Shown: in pieces, positions 31,645-40,402 of the stretch
Layout of the letters: each line of letters opens with the position of its first letter
How positions within the stretch are numbered: the first letter of the stretch is position 1
Origin: an uncultured virus (IMG/VR IMGVR_UViG_3300007216_003109)
Lineage: Duplodnaviria; Heunggongvirae; Uroviricota; Caudoviricetes
Length of the DNA: 64,000 nucleotides
Strand: one strand, 5' to 3'
Virus record (IMG/VR): IMGVR_UViG_3300007216_003109
The notes under the pieces: generated by a model
The model's input: only the letters and a program-made list of their open reading frames with translations
Database searches by the model: none
What the model was told of the DNA's origin: nothing
Made by a program: the position numbers and the translations under genes

Positions 31645-31996
31645 GAATATGTTGTAGTAGTTTTATAGATGAACTCACTAATCCAGTCAAGAAAGATTCT
31701 AAATAAACTTTATTTTGACTGGAGATAATTTTTTTTATCTGTAAGTTGAGTTCTTTAATCTGGGCTTTAAGCTCATTATTAATATTAATTTGCTCAAATA
31801 AAAATTCTTGAAATAAATTTGTAAATATATCTACAACCTCATGGTGGTTGGAAGCATTGTAAGTTAAGATAGATGCTTTGGTTAAGATATCTTTATTAAA
31901 AAACTTGGCAAGTTCGTTGTTTAACAAACTAAAATCTTTGGTATCAGGTTTCTTTATATCAGTAAATGTTGGCGCTACTTCTTTAAACTCTATCAT
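31613..31996 (-). CDS. Hypothetical protein
   Basis: 127 aa, ATGA-coupled to the upstream gene. Confidence 0.6.
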   Translation of the reverse strand: MIEFKEVAPTFTDIKKPDTKDFSLLNNELAKFFNKDILTKASILTYNASNHHEVVDIFTNLFQEFLFEQININNELKAQIKELNLQIKKIISSQNKVYLESFLTGLVSSSIKLLQHIHENNRTTNQR

Positions 31997-32388
31997 ACAT
32001 CAAGCTTGAGCTCAGGAATAGTAGGATCAGACACGTATGCGGTTTCTGCGGTAATATAAACACTGACGTTCTTCTTACACTCTGTACATTTATATGTACT
32101 AGGGCCGTTCAAATTAATAGGAACAAATTCTTTTACTTTCTTAAAACATGGACACTCTACTTCAAGTCCTTGCTTAGATAGTTCAGATAGCTTAAGAAGG
32201 TTTATCTCCTTCATTTTAAGTTCATTAAAAAACTCTATTACACTTCCAATTATAAAGAATAAAACAAATTGTGTAAGTGTAGCAACAAAAAAAGTAGCCC
32301 AAAAATTAAAGTTTATAAGCAAAAATGCTCCTGCGATAGCAAGGCTTACAGCTAGAGTAATGGATACACTACGAACTAAATTAATCAC
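31993..32388 (-). CDS. Membrane protein with C-terminal Cys cluster (putative Zn ribbon)
   Basis: Two N-terminal hydrophobic helices, then CPC...CTEC. Confidence 0.65.
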   Translation of the reverse strand: MINLVRSVSITLAVSLAIAGAFLLINFNFWATFFVATLTQFVLFFIIGSVIEFFNELKMKEINLLKLSELSKQGLEVECPCFKKVKEFVPINLNGPSTYKCTECKKNVSVYITAETAYVSDPTIPELKLDV

Positions 32389-32409
32389 TCGTATATATTA
32401 AACGAAAAC

Positions 32410-32781
32410 TTATTTATTATCAACTATTTTTTTAGTTATTTTGACTAAACCAACATAAAACTTTCTAAACTCTTTAAGCAGAAGAACTGCCGCTTTTAAA
32501 TGATTCTTTGTTTTAAAGGCAGGATTTTGCAAAGCTGTTGAATATGAATTAATTAGATTATCAATGTTAAGTTCAAGTTGACCCAAAACTTCAGGAACTG
32601 AAGATAATTCGTTAGGAATTAATTTGTCCGCTTTTACTTCATTAGGATGTTGTTCATTATTATTGAATAAACTAGCCATTTGTATAGGATTTGACTTTAA
32701 TTCTCTACTAGCTATACCAGAAACAAACCTATTACCATAGGGCATTGTTGAATCTTCGTACAATTTTTTGAACGGAATCAC
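32410..32781 (-). CDS. Hypothetical late protein with CTS-like leader
   Basis: GTG start, MIPFKKLYE; TAAATA 5 nt upstream. Confidence 0.65.
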   Translation of the reverse strand: MIPFKKLYEDSTMPYGNRFVSGIASRELKSNPIQMASLFNNNEQHPNEVKADKLIPNELSSVPEVLGQLELNIDNLINSYSTALQNPAFKTKNHLKAAVLLLKEFRKFYVGLVKITKKIVDNK

Positions 32782-32782
32782 A

Positions 32783-32792
32783 TAAATATTTA
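32783..32792. promoter_or_regulatory. Palindromic bidirectional late promoter TAAATATTTA
   Basis: Perfect palindrome in the 22-nt gap between divergent genes. Confidence 0.6.
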
Positions 32793-32803
32793 ATATATCT
32801 AAT

Positions 32804-33220
32804 ATGAAAAGCTTTGAAAATATATTTAATACTTTGATAGAACAAGATGAGACTGAAGCGCAACCTGCGGTTTCTGATAAAGAAGCAGCTAATAAAGTAC
32901 TGGGCCCTGATACTAGCGTAGATCAACTAGGGGCTGTAGCTGGAGCTGATGCTGTAGCAGACGCAAAGAGAGCTTCCACACAGCATCAACTATCTGAACT
33001 CCAAACATGGATTAGTGAGATTGAAAAGTTTATTGAATACTTGAACGGTGTTAACGATACAAGTGTACAATCTAAGCTACATAAAGCTGGTTGTGATAGC
33101 TTGTACGAAAAGATAGCTAGAAGTGAAACAAAGAAGATTGCACGAGTTGCAGTAGATTTAAGCTCATTAGTAGAGTCGTTTAAGGGTTATCTAATTGCTG
33201 GTTCTAACCAGAAGTCCTAA
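32804..33220 (+). CDS. Hypothetical late protein with CTS-like leader
   Basis: MKSFENIFNTLIE; helical 138 aa. Confidence 0.7.
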   Translation: MKSFENIFNTLIEQDETEAQPAVSDKEAANKVLGPDTSVDQLGAVAGADAVADAKRASTQHQLSELQTWISEIEKFIEYLNGVNDTSVQSKLHKAGCDSLYEKIARSETKKIARVAVDLSSLVESFKGYLIAGSNQKS

Positions 33221-34247
33221 TCTTACTCAACTCAACAATACCTTTAATTCCTGAATAAGAATGATTCGTAATAAAAGTAGGTTTAATATAGTCGCGTTTT
33301 GTTTCAATACAAATATCGTTAAAGTCTTTAAATGCTTTACCAAGTTTTTCTGGCCATATAAAAACAGTCTCGCCTTGGTCTAATAAAACTCTACTTTTAC
33401 GTAAGCTAGCTTTATCCTGCCATTGAGAGTCTAGTACAAATACTCTTTTAAACAAATTAATTTCATTAAGTTGATTTTGCTGAGCATTGCTAAAAGTTTT
33501 TCTACTCTTTTCTTGTATACCTGTTAATCCTAATCCATTTTTAACAAAGCAAGAATCAATTGGACCTTCAAATAAGAATATATTTTCAATATCGTTATCA
33601 ATATTATCGAAATTAAAAAGAGTCTTTTCACCACCTATTTTTGAAAGATATTTTGGTTTAGTTCTATTATCTGATTCAAGTAGAGTTCTAGTTTGATAAA
33701 AAACAATTTTATTCTTGTAATAAAAAGGTATAATAAGCCTGTTCTTATGTACTTTATCTGTTAAAGATAGGAATAAAGCTGGGGGCTTATTAATACATGT
33801 ATCTAGTTTTCTTTTTATAATGTAGTTTAATGCTATTTTAACTATCTTATTATCTTTATAAAAGTCTACTTGATTAGAATCAAATAGATTTATGCTATTT
33901 TCGGGCAATAATTCTGTATTAACTTTAGGTGCTACATTTTCTGTCTTATCAGTGTGGGTTGTAATAGTAGGGTCAAAGCTCTTTACCTCATTTATTATTT
34001 CTATATCGTTTAATCCTGATACTTTTTTTATCCATTTATAAGGATTACTATACCAACCGCAATTATGACAACATATTGCATTTTTTTTAACCAAGTAAAA
34101 AGCTCTTTTCTTTTTGCCCCAGCTATTACCTTCTCTACATATTGGACAACAAGCTTCATATACATTAGAAAGTCTTTTAAACTTTGCAAAGCCTGCATAC
34201 TGTAAAAACTTACTTACAATATAGTCTGGAGGTAGATTAAAAAGCAC
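33204..34247 (-). CDS. gp61: DNA primase gp61
   Basis: Zn finger CPIC...CHNC, 'RLIIPFY', 'PKYL', TOPRIM 'FEGPIDS', 'KDFND'. Confidence 0.93.
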   Translation of the reverse strand: MLFNLPPDYIVSKFLQYAGFAKFKRLSNVYEACCPICREGNSWGKKKRAFYLVKKNAICCHNCGWYSNPYKWIKKVSGLNDIEIINEVKSFDPTITTHTDKTENVAPKVNTELLPENSINLFDSNQVDFYKDNKIVKIALNYIIKRKLDTCINKPPALFLSLTDKVHKNRLIIPFYYKNKIVFYQTRTLLESDNRTKPKYLSKIGGEKTLFNFDNIDNDIENIFLFEGPIDSCFVKNGLGLTGIQEKSRKTFSNAQQNQLNEINLFKRVFVLDSQWQDKASLRKSRVLLDQGETVFIWPEKLGKAFKDFNDICIETKRDYIKPTFITNHSYSGIKGIVELSKIRTSG

Positions 34248-34252
34248 AAATT

Positions 34253-34281
34253 ATTATAACTAATTCTAACAAAACAATCAA
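34253..34281 (-). promoter_or_regulatory. Sigma70-like promoter for primase
   Basis: TTGATT-N17-TATAAT, 5 nt before the GTG start. Confidence 0.6.
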
Positions 34282-34292
34282 CTAAAATTCTA

Positions 34293-34481
34293 TTAAGCTT
34301 TGTTCTGGTTCTTATCTCTTATCTCTACAACACCTTTGTGAAAAAAGAGACCTGTGTTAGGATCATACCAGTGAGCTTCTACATAGATTTTATCACCTAC
34401 AACTCTTTCAACAATCTTAGGGGTAGATGTAGTGCCGCTTGGTGCCTGCATTCTAACTGGTCTAACAAAATGTTCGTTCAT
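34293..34481 (-). CDS. Small hypothetical protein
   Basis: 62 aa; TAAGTA late-like box 6 nt upstream. Confidence 0.6.
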   Translation of the reverse strand: MNEHFVRPVRMQAPSGTTSTPKIVERVVGDKIYVEAHWYDPNTGLFFHKGVVEIRDKNQNKA

Positions 34482-34490
34482 TTATAATAC

Positions 34491-34763
34491 TTATGCTCCA
34501 GTTATGTTTTTCAAATATTGAGCTTTACATGTAGAGAAGACAAAGTCAGGTAAAACCTCTACAAATTCACATTGTTTAGATGTAAGGTAATAAAAAAATT
34601 CTTTTTTATCCAAATTCAAGACTAAGTTTTCAGGTAGAACTAAAAAATTATATTTTGCTTTATCTGAATAAATTAACACAAACATCTTTGCGGCATATAT
34701 ACCTTTATTAAAGGCATATATTGCACCGGGTTTTTTCTTCTTAAATAGATTTAGCAATTTCAC
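34491..34763 (-). CDS. Hypothetical protein
   Basis: 90 aa, coupled to the upstream gene. Confidence 0.55.
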   Translation of the reverse strand: MKLLNLFKKKKPGAIYAFNKGIYAAKMFVLIYSDKAKYNFLVLPENLVLNLDKKEFFYYLTSKQCEFVEVLPDFVFSTCKAQYLKNITGA

Positions 34764-35617
34764 TTAGATAGTGCAATTTTAAGATCTTTAATGCAATTTT
34801 CAACTGACTCAAAAGTATCAGAAAATGTAAAACCTAAATTAGTAATTTTATCTGTAGAAAGAATGCAATTTGACCTATTTGCTTTTGTATTAAGAGTTGA
34901 AAACTCTACAAATTTCCAATTAGGGTTTACTAAGTCGTTCTTTCTAAACAACTCAACTATTTCTTCAGCAGTAAAGGGTTGTGGGTTAACTACGTTTATA
35001 ATTCCGTTTGAATATCTTCTAAACATTAAATGTGTAAGGAAATTTATAAGATCGTTAATATATGTTAAACTGTTCTTTTGGCTTATTAAATTATCATATT
35101 TAAAAATTTTATATAGGTAATTTTTGTTCTCTAATGTATTTGTGAAAGGCATTCTTATTCTAAGAATAGTTGTATTTTGAAAAGCTTTTGTAGATAACTC
35201 AAAAATATGTTTTGTTTTTGAATAATAACTAGATTCATTATTATATAAACCAAAATTAGGAATATCTATTTCACTATATAACCTATCATAACCTGTGTAT
35301 ATACAACCAGAAGAAACATGAATAACTTTAATGTTCAATTTTTCACATACAGCACTTATAATTGTAGGTACTTCGATATTAAGAGCAGCACACTGCAATT
35401 TATTGTCTTCACAACTATCTACATTTGGGCTGCCTGTATAACCAGAGCAATTAATTATAAAATCTGGTTTTTCGTGCTTTAAGAATGCTTCTAAAATAGA
35501 TAAATTATGATAATCTATTTTTTTTCTCGAGTATATCGAGACATTCATATTTTTACTATGATAAAAATTATAGACGTGATTACCTACAAAACCTGAACCC
35601 AGAATAATTATTTTCAT
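34760..35617 (-). CDS. NDP-4-keto-6-deoxyglucose epimerase/reductase (RmlD / NRS-ER-like SDR)
   Basis: GSGFVG Rossmann motif, 'GYTGSPNVDSCE', 'SSGCIY', YxxxK 'YYSKTK', 'LRIRMP'. Confidence 0.85.
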   Translation of the reverse strand: MKIIILGSGFVGNHVYNFYHSKNMNVSIYSRKKIDYHNLSILEAFLKHEKPDFIINCSGYTGSPNVDSCEDNKLQCAALNIEVPTIISAVCEKLNIKVIHVSSGCIYTGYDRLYSEIDIPNFGLYNNESSYYSKTKHIFELSTKAFQNTTILRIRMPFTNTLENKNYLYKIFKYDNLISQKNSLTYINDLINFLTHLMFRRYSNGIINVVNPQPFTAEEIVELFRKNDLVNPNWKFVEFSTLNTKANRSNCILSTDKITNLGFTFSDTFESVENCIKDLKIALSK

Positions 35618-35623
35618 TAATAA

Positions 35624-35977
35624 TTAAAACATGTCTTTATCATCACCTGATTGCTGCAATAAAAATTTATTGAGTAAAGCAGACAATGAATCAGCTTCTT
35701 GTTGATTGTGTGCTGAAATAATATTCAAAGGATCGCCGGTAGGGAGGTAGCCAATTATAATATAACAATTTAAAAACTCTTCAATTACTGCTTTGAGGGA
35801 TTCAATATCCTTTGTCTTTGAATTATGCTCATGTGCTTGTGCGTGTAGGTAGTTATTAAGTGCGTTTTTTAAAATACTATCTAGTTCTTTTGCAGCTTCT
35901 GGATTAATTTTCTTTTTCTTAGTCTTATCCTTCTTATCCTTATCCTTATCTTCGTCGCCGTTGTTTTTAGATTTCAT
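35624..35977 (-). CDS. Hypothetical protein
   Basis: 117-aa ORF with charged N-terminus. Confidence 0.6.
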   Translation of the reverse strand: MKSKNNGDEDKDKDKKDKTKKKKINPEAAKELDSILKNALNNYLHAQAHEHNSKTKDIESLKAVIEEFLNCYIIIGYLPTGDPLNIISAHNQQEADSLSALLNKFLLQQSGDDKDMF

Positions 35978-36326
35978 TAGTAATATCTACAGGCTTTTTA
36001 ATGTACATACTGTTTCTATTATCATTACTAACACCTTTGTTAATTAGATATGATATTACTACTTCAATAGAATCTGTCTTTAAGTACATGCTTCCAGGAA
36101 TCTTTTGATCACCATCATCTAGTTTAAATAATACTTCACCTAAAGAATTTTTGTTTGTAAAACAAGTTACAAAGACGGAAGCGTTGCTTGGATCAACAAT
36201 TACAGTCCAGCGTCTTGGGTCAGATTTAGCATATCTAAAAAATGATTTGATTACAATAAAGCCGCTATCGCGTAAGCGCTTAATAAAGTAACCAGCAGTT
36301 CTAATTTTATTCTTAGAAGTTTTCAT
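35967..36326 (-). CDS. Hypothetical protein
   Basis: 119 aa, ATGA-coupled to gp45. Confidence 0.65.
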   Translation of the reverse strand: MKTSKNKIRTAGYFIKRLRDSGFIVIKSFFRYAKSDPRRWTVIVDPSNASVFVTCFTNKNSLGEVLFKLDDGDQKIPGSMYLKTDSIEVVISYLINKGVSNDNRNSMYIKKPVDITNEI

Positions 36327-37060
36327 GATACTAATGCTGATATAACATACTTACTCAAGTAGTTAGAATCTTCAAGCTCAAATAAGAATGTGCCTATTTT
36401 ACTATTGTATTTAACATTAATTTGGTTTGTTTTTATAGAGGATATAACTCTTACAACTTCAAAATTAATTGGTACAGGGGTTTTAATAATATCACCGTTA
36501 ATACTGTCTGATATCTTAAATGCTATACTATCTACATTATGTCTGCTGTTATCTGTAAAGTCACAAAATACGCTATCATTTTCAGTAAAAATATAAAGCT
36601 TAGTAATATCTAGTGCAATTGAGCTAGCTTTAAGAATATTAGATATATCTGTCTTACTAATATTAAAATTAGAATTAAAATTTAAAGATGATATTTTTTC
36701 TACATTAATTTTCGGTGAAGATATGATACCATCGTCAAGCAAATGATATCTAAACTTGAATGTCTTGTTTGAATAAGAAATGTTATTCTTGTCGTAATTT
36801 AATGTTACAGCTTTATCATTGATACAAGAAAGTATCTTTATTAGCTTCTTTACATCAGGTAGATTTATCTTAAATTCATTTTCAGAGAAAACAGTATCCT
36901 GTGTATATTTTGAAAAATTAATGATAGTATTATCGCTGTTAGACGTAATACAGCTTACACCTTTGTCTTTAAAATGTAGAATGCAGCTATCAGTAAGCTT
37001 GGAAATATTATTAATAAAACTATTATTAAATAGTTCTACATTATCGATTTTAAGATCCAT
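36323..37060 (-). CDS. gp45: Sliding clamp gp45 (PCNA-like)
   Basis: 245 aa, two-domain beta/alpha repeat ('KINLPDVKKLIKIL', 'NILKASSI'), C-terminal 'KYVISAL'; replication cluster. Confidence 0.75.
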   Translation of the reverse strand: MDLKIDNVELFNNSFINNISKLTDSCILHFKDKGVSCITSNSDNTIINFSKYTQDTVFSENEFKINLPDVKKLIKILSCINDKAVTLNYDKNNISYSNKTFKFRYHLLDDGIISSPKINVEKISSLNFNSNFNISKTDISNILKASSIALDITKLYIFTENDSVFCDFTDNSRHNVDSIAFKISDSINGDIIKTPVPINFEVVRVISSIKTNQINVKYNSKIGTFLFELEDSNYLSKYVISALVS

Positions 37061-37064
37061 TTAG

Positions 37065-37469
37065 TTATTTTAAAAGACTTTTTTTTTCTTCAAGAGTATT
37101 TCTTAATTCACGAACTTCTTCTTCTAAATTTATAACTTTTCTATAAGTATCATCTATTTTATTAAAAATGTCATCAAGTGTATGCTTTTTATCAAAAGCA
37201 AAAGTGAGTTGATTAGGATCTAATTCAGCTTGAACTTGAGGTACTAGTTGAGGTTGATGTATAGCTTGAGGGGCAATAGGCTGAGGAACATTCGAAACTA
37301 AGCCTGCTTTTTGATCAAATTCTCTAGCAACCTTAGCAACATCAATACTATGGGGTCTTAGATTACTACCTTCAATAACTTTCTTATTAAGGTCTTCTAA
37401 TTGCCCTTTTACCCCAGCTAAAAAGCTAGCTAAATCAACTAAATCTTCTCTTTTTAGATTATCACTCAT
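37065..37469 (-). CDS. Hypothetical coiled-coil protein
   Basis: 134 aa between gp32 and gp45. Confidence 0.65.
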   Translation of the reverse strand: MSDNLKREDLVDLASFLAGVKGQLEDLNKKVIEGSNLRPHSIDVAKVAREFDQKAGLVSNVPQPIAPQAIHQPQLVPQVQAELDPNQLTFAFDKKHTLDDIFNKIDDTYRKVINLEEEVRELRNTLEEKKSLLK

Positions 37470-38301
37470 CTAGGCCATCGAGAAGTCTCTTAACTTCATC
37501 GTCATCGGCAGGAGTTACTTTACTAACAGGAGCTGGCACCGCTTTAACTGTAGTTGTAACTCTTGCTTCTGTCTTATCTTCATCCACATCAGAAGAACAT
37601 AGGAAATGTTCATTAAGCGTGTTCTTTAGTTCATCATAAGAACGTACTGTAAATACTTTCTCTAGGTCAAATGCACCTTCAAGAATGGACTCAATATTCT
37701 TGTCTGTTACACCATCAATAGCCTTGGGCATAGTAAACTTAGACGAAGTGTAGCTCTTATAACCGCCTTGTGACTCACATACAACCTTAAGGTTAACACC
37801 GTCAGACTTTAGCGAGAAAACACGAGGGCCGAGGTCATCAGAATCGTCTCCGCTAATTGCTCTCATAATAATCTTATGAAGCTGCTTGCCGAACTGAAGA
37901 ATTTTAATTTTACCGTTGTTGTCAGGATTTGTAGGATCATCAACTACATAGGCATTTACAAGCCACTTTTCAGACCAAGTTAAAGCGCTGGCCTTCTTCT
38001 TCTCTTCCTCAGAACCTGTTCTCAAATACTTGTACTTGAGCTCAGAGATAGGATCCCTCTCACCAAAGGTTGTTGGTGAGATAGCAGAAATAAATCTGCC
38101 ATTAGCAAAGCTAGTCCAAGAATGCTGGAAGTAGTGAAAGAATGTCTTAGTAGGGTCTTTAAGATAAGGCAATAGTCTAACTGTATAAGTTTTATCAATT
38201 TCAGTTCTGATAATATCCCTTAATCCGGATGAATTGTTATTCTCTTGCTTATTTAATGCGGTCTTGATACTCTCAAACATTGACTTGGTAAGTTCGTTCA
38301 T
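37462..38301 (-). CDS. gp32: Single-stranded DNA-binding protein gp32
   Basis: 'VRLLP', 'NAYVVDDPTNPDNNGKIKILQFGKQL', 'YTSSKF', acidic tail. Confidence 0.92.
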   Translation of the reverse strand: MNELTKSMFESIKTALNKQENNNSSGLRDIIRTEIDKTYTVRLLPYLKDPTKTFFHYFQHSWTSFANGRFISAISPTTFGERDPISELKYKYLRTGSEEEKKKASALTWSEKWLVNAYVVDDPTNPDNNGKIKILQFGKQLHKIIMRAISGDDSDDLGPRVFSLKSDGVNLKVVCESQGGYKSYTSSKFTMPKAIDGVTDKNIESILEGAFDLEKVFTVRSYDELKNTLNEHFLCSSDVDEDKTEARVTTTVKAVPAPVSKVTPADDDEVKRLLDGLDE

Positions 38302-38333
38302 ATACTCATATAATATAGTAAACTTTTAAATGT

Positions 38334-38969
38334 TCAATATATTTTCTTAATTCCTTCTCTTACTAAAATTTTTAGTTTTTTTGACTTTATAAAGTTGTTA
38401 TAATAAACATCATATCTATCAATAATATCCCCTAAAATGTATTTGTATGTTTCATAATTTCTATATAATTTTGTTTTAAATTGATTGAATGCTAGTAAAG
38501 AATAAAAATTAACATTTTGTTTTTGTAAGTCGTCAATAAATGCAGGTACTGAATCGCCTTGTTTGACAAAATCTAAATATTTTTCAGAAGCAATATTATT
38601 ATTTTTACAGAAATTTTTAATGTATTTTAAGCTACTAGCGGTATTTTCTAAAATAGAAATAGAATCAGGATCTAGACTATCAAGTTGATTTTTAAATAGG
38701 GTATAGGTTTTGACTGCTTTAGGGGATATAAAATATTTTAAATCAAAAAATGTTTCGTCTTTAAAAACATTGTACGGTGCTTGAAAGAAAACATCTAAGT
38801 TTATATTTTTGAATTTATTAAAGAATAATCCTAATTTTTTTAAATAAAAGATTTGCGTACTATCCAAATCATCAAAATTTTTTCTAAACCTAAATGGTTT
38901 ATTCTGATGTTTTTTATAGTAGTATAAATGTTTATTGTAAATTAATTTTTCGAATTCTGATATCATCAA
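38334..38969 (-). CDS. Helicase loader gp59-like
   Basis: Size and position immediately before gp32 as in T4; segments 'YLKKLGLFF', 'AVKTYTLFKNQL', 'LQKQNVNFYSLL' parallel gp59. Confidence 0.6.
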   Translation of the reverse strand: MMISEFEKLIYNKHLYYYKKHQNKPFRFRKNFDDLDSTQIFYLKKLGLFFNKFKNINLDVFFQAPYNVFKDETFFDLKYFISPKAVKTYTLFKNQLDSLDPDSISILENTASSLKYIKNFCKNNNIASEKYLDFVKQGDSVPAFIDDLQKQNVNFYSLLAFNQFKTKLYRNYETYKYILGDIIDRYDVYYNNFIKSKKLKILVREGIKKIY

Positions 38970-39175
38970 CTATACATGGCCCACTTGAATCTATTAATCT
39001 CTTTCTTAACTTTCTTAAATTTGGATGGTTTATAATAACATCTTTTTAGCTTTAATTCTTCCATTACAAAGGATTTTTTAACTTCTCTAGTAAACTGATT
39101 TAACTTCTTCTCAAAATACTCTTTGTCGGAAGATCTTTTTTTATCTAGTTCTATAGATACGTTGCTTCTCAACAT
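38966..39175 (-). CDS. rpsU: Ribosomal protein bS21 homologue
   Basis: 69 aa, basic; 'FEKKLNQFTREVKKSFVMEELKLKRCYYKPS' fits the bS21 pattern 'F(E/D)xALRRFKRxxxKxGxxxExRxRxxYEKPS'. Confidence 0.75.
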   Translation of the reverse strand: MLRSNVSIELDKKRSSDKEYFEKKLNQFTREVKKSFVMEELKLKRCYYKPSKFKKVKKEINRFKWAMYS

Positions 39176-39471
39176 AAATTTTTATTTATATACTTCATAA
39201 TGTATTTACTTTTATATAGTGTAGGGTCAAATTCAAAGAATATTTTAAGTGCTGCGTAATCATTTTCAATACCTAAAGTTTCTTTAAGCATAGATTTAAC
39301 TTGACTATTTTTTAAGCATAGCAGAAAAATATTGGCAAGATTAAGCTTTTTGCCATTAATTAAGAAAACAAAGGTACAGAAATTTAAAAAACTGTTAAGT
39401 GTTTCTGCTTCAATAATATTGAAATATGGGTTATATTGTTTTATATTCATTACTGAAACATTTGTAATCAT
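39169..39471 (-). CDS. Hypothetical protein
   Basis: 100-aa ORF upstream of bS21. Confidence 0.55.
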   Translation of the reverse strand: MITNVSVMNIKQYNPYFNIIEAETLNSFLNFCTFVFLINGKKLNLANIFLLCLKNSQVKSMLKETLGIENDYAALKIFFEFDPTLYKSKYIMKYINKNLC

Positions 39472-39492
39472 TTATATGCTGTTTCAGTATTT

Positions 39493-40371
39493 TCAACATA
39501 CAGGAAAGAATGATTTGGTAACTTCTAAAACTCTGCTGTTTAAATTACTAAATGCTGCGAACTCTGTACCGAAACCTTCAAACGCTTCTTTAACTAATTC
39601 ACCTAAATTAACATTACTTTCCTTGTTTTTTCTGTAATGAACGGTATTTTTTTCTAAATTAATTATAAATGTAATGTCGCATTTAGAAGTTTTTTGTATT
39701 CGGTGAGATATTTCATTGACATATTTTGATCCGAAGCAGGAACAAACTGAATATTTTTTATTTTTATAAGTAATTTCACCTTTATATGTTTTTAATGACT
39801 TTAAAGTGTTGGTTAGGTCTCTTAAGATAATATTTAAAGAAGAGTTTTCGGTCTCAGTAAACATTATTAACCCAGACTCAAATCTCTTTACAAAAGATTC
39901 TACTTTATTTATAGATTGTTGAGTTTTAAAGAAATAAAACAACTTAAGTGGTAGTAAATCACTATCAAAATTGTAGTTAAAATATTTTGATACACTTGTA
40001 TATAAAACATGTTGATTAGAGTTTAATTTATTTTCAGAATATTTTGTAAGAAAGTTATAAAACAAGTCTACAGTGGTATTTTCACCTGTAATTATGCGAG
40101 AATTTACTAAATTTTCCGCAAAAAGCTTTTTGTTCACATAGATAAATTTTTTAGAATCAAATTCTTTGTCCAGGTTTTTTAAATTGTAAAATCCTATAAC
40201 ATATACAAATTTAAAATCATCAAAACTGTACTTTTTTATATCGTTGTGCAGGTTATTTTCGTTCAAAACAATAGTAGACACGTTGCCTTTACCTGTTAGC
40301 CATTTAAATAATAGTATACTGGTAGCAGCTTCCAAGTTTTGCGGCACAATAAAGCAGTATTTTTCCTGCAT
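39493..40371 (-). CDS. DHH/DHHA1-fold protein with degenerate catalytic motifs
   Basis: Layout of phage DHH phosphoesterases; C-terminal 'VHYRK...NLGELVKEAFEGFGTEFAA' matches DHHA1 'GGGH..AAG', but DxD and DHH are not evident. Confidence 0.55.
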   Translation of the reverse strand: MQEKYCFIVPQNLEAATSILLFKWLTGKGNVSTIVLNENNLHNDIKKYSFDDFKFVYVIGFYNLKNLDKEFDSKKFIYVNKKLFAENLVNSRIITGENTTVDLFYNFLTKYSENKLNSNQHVLYTSVSKYFNYNFDSDLLPLKLFYFFKTQQSINKVESFVKRFESGLIMFTETENSSLNIILRDLTNTLKSLKTYKGEITYKNKKYSVCSCFGSKYVNEISHRIQKTSKCDITFIINLEKNTVHYRKNKESNVNLGELVKEAFEGFGTEFAAFSNLNSRVLEVTKSFFPVC

Positions 40372-40402
40372 GATCTAATTATTTAGGAATTTTATCTATA
40401 AG

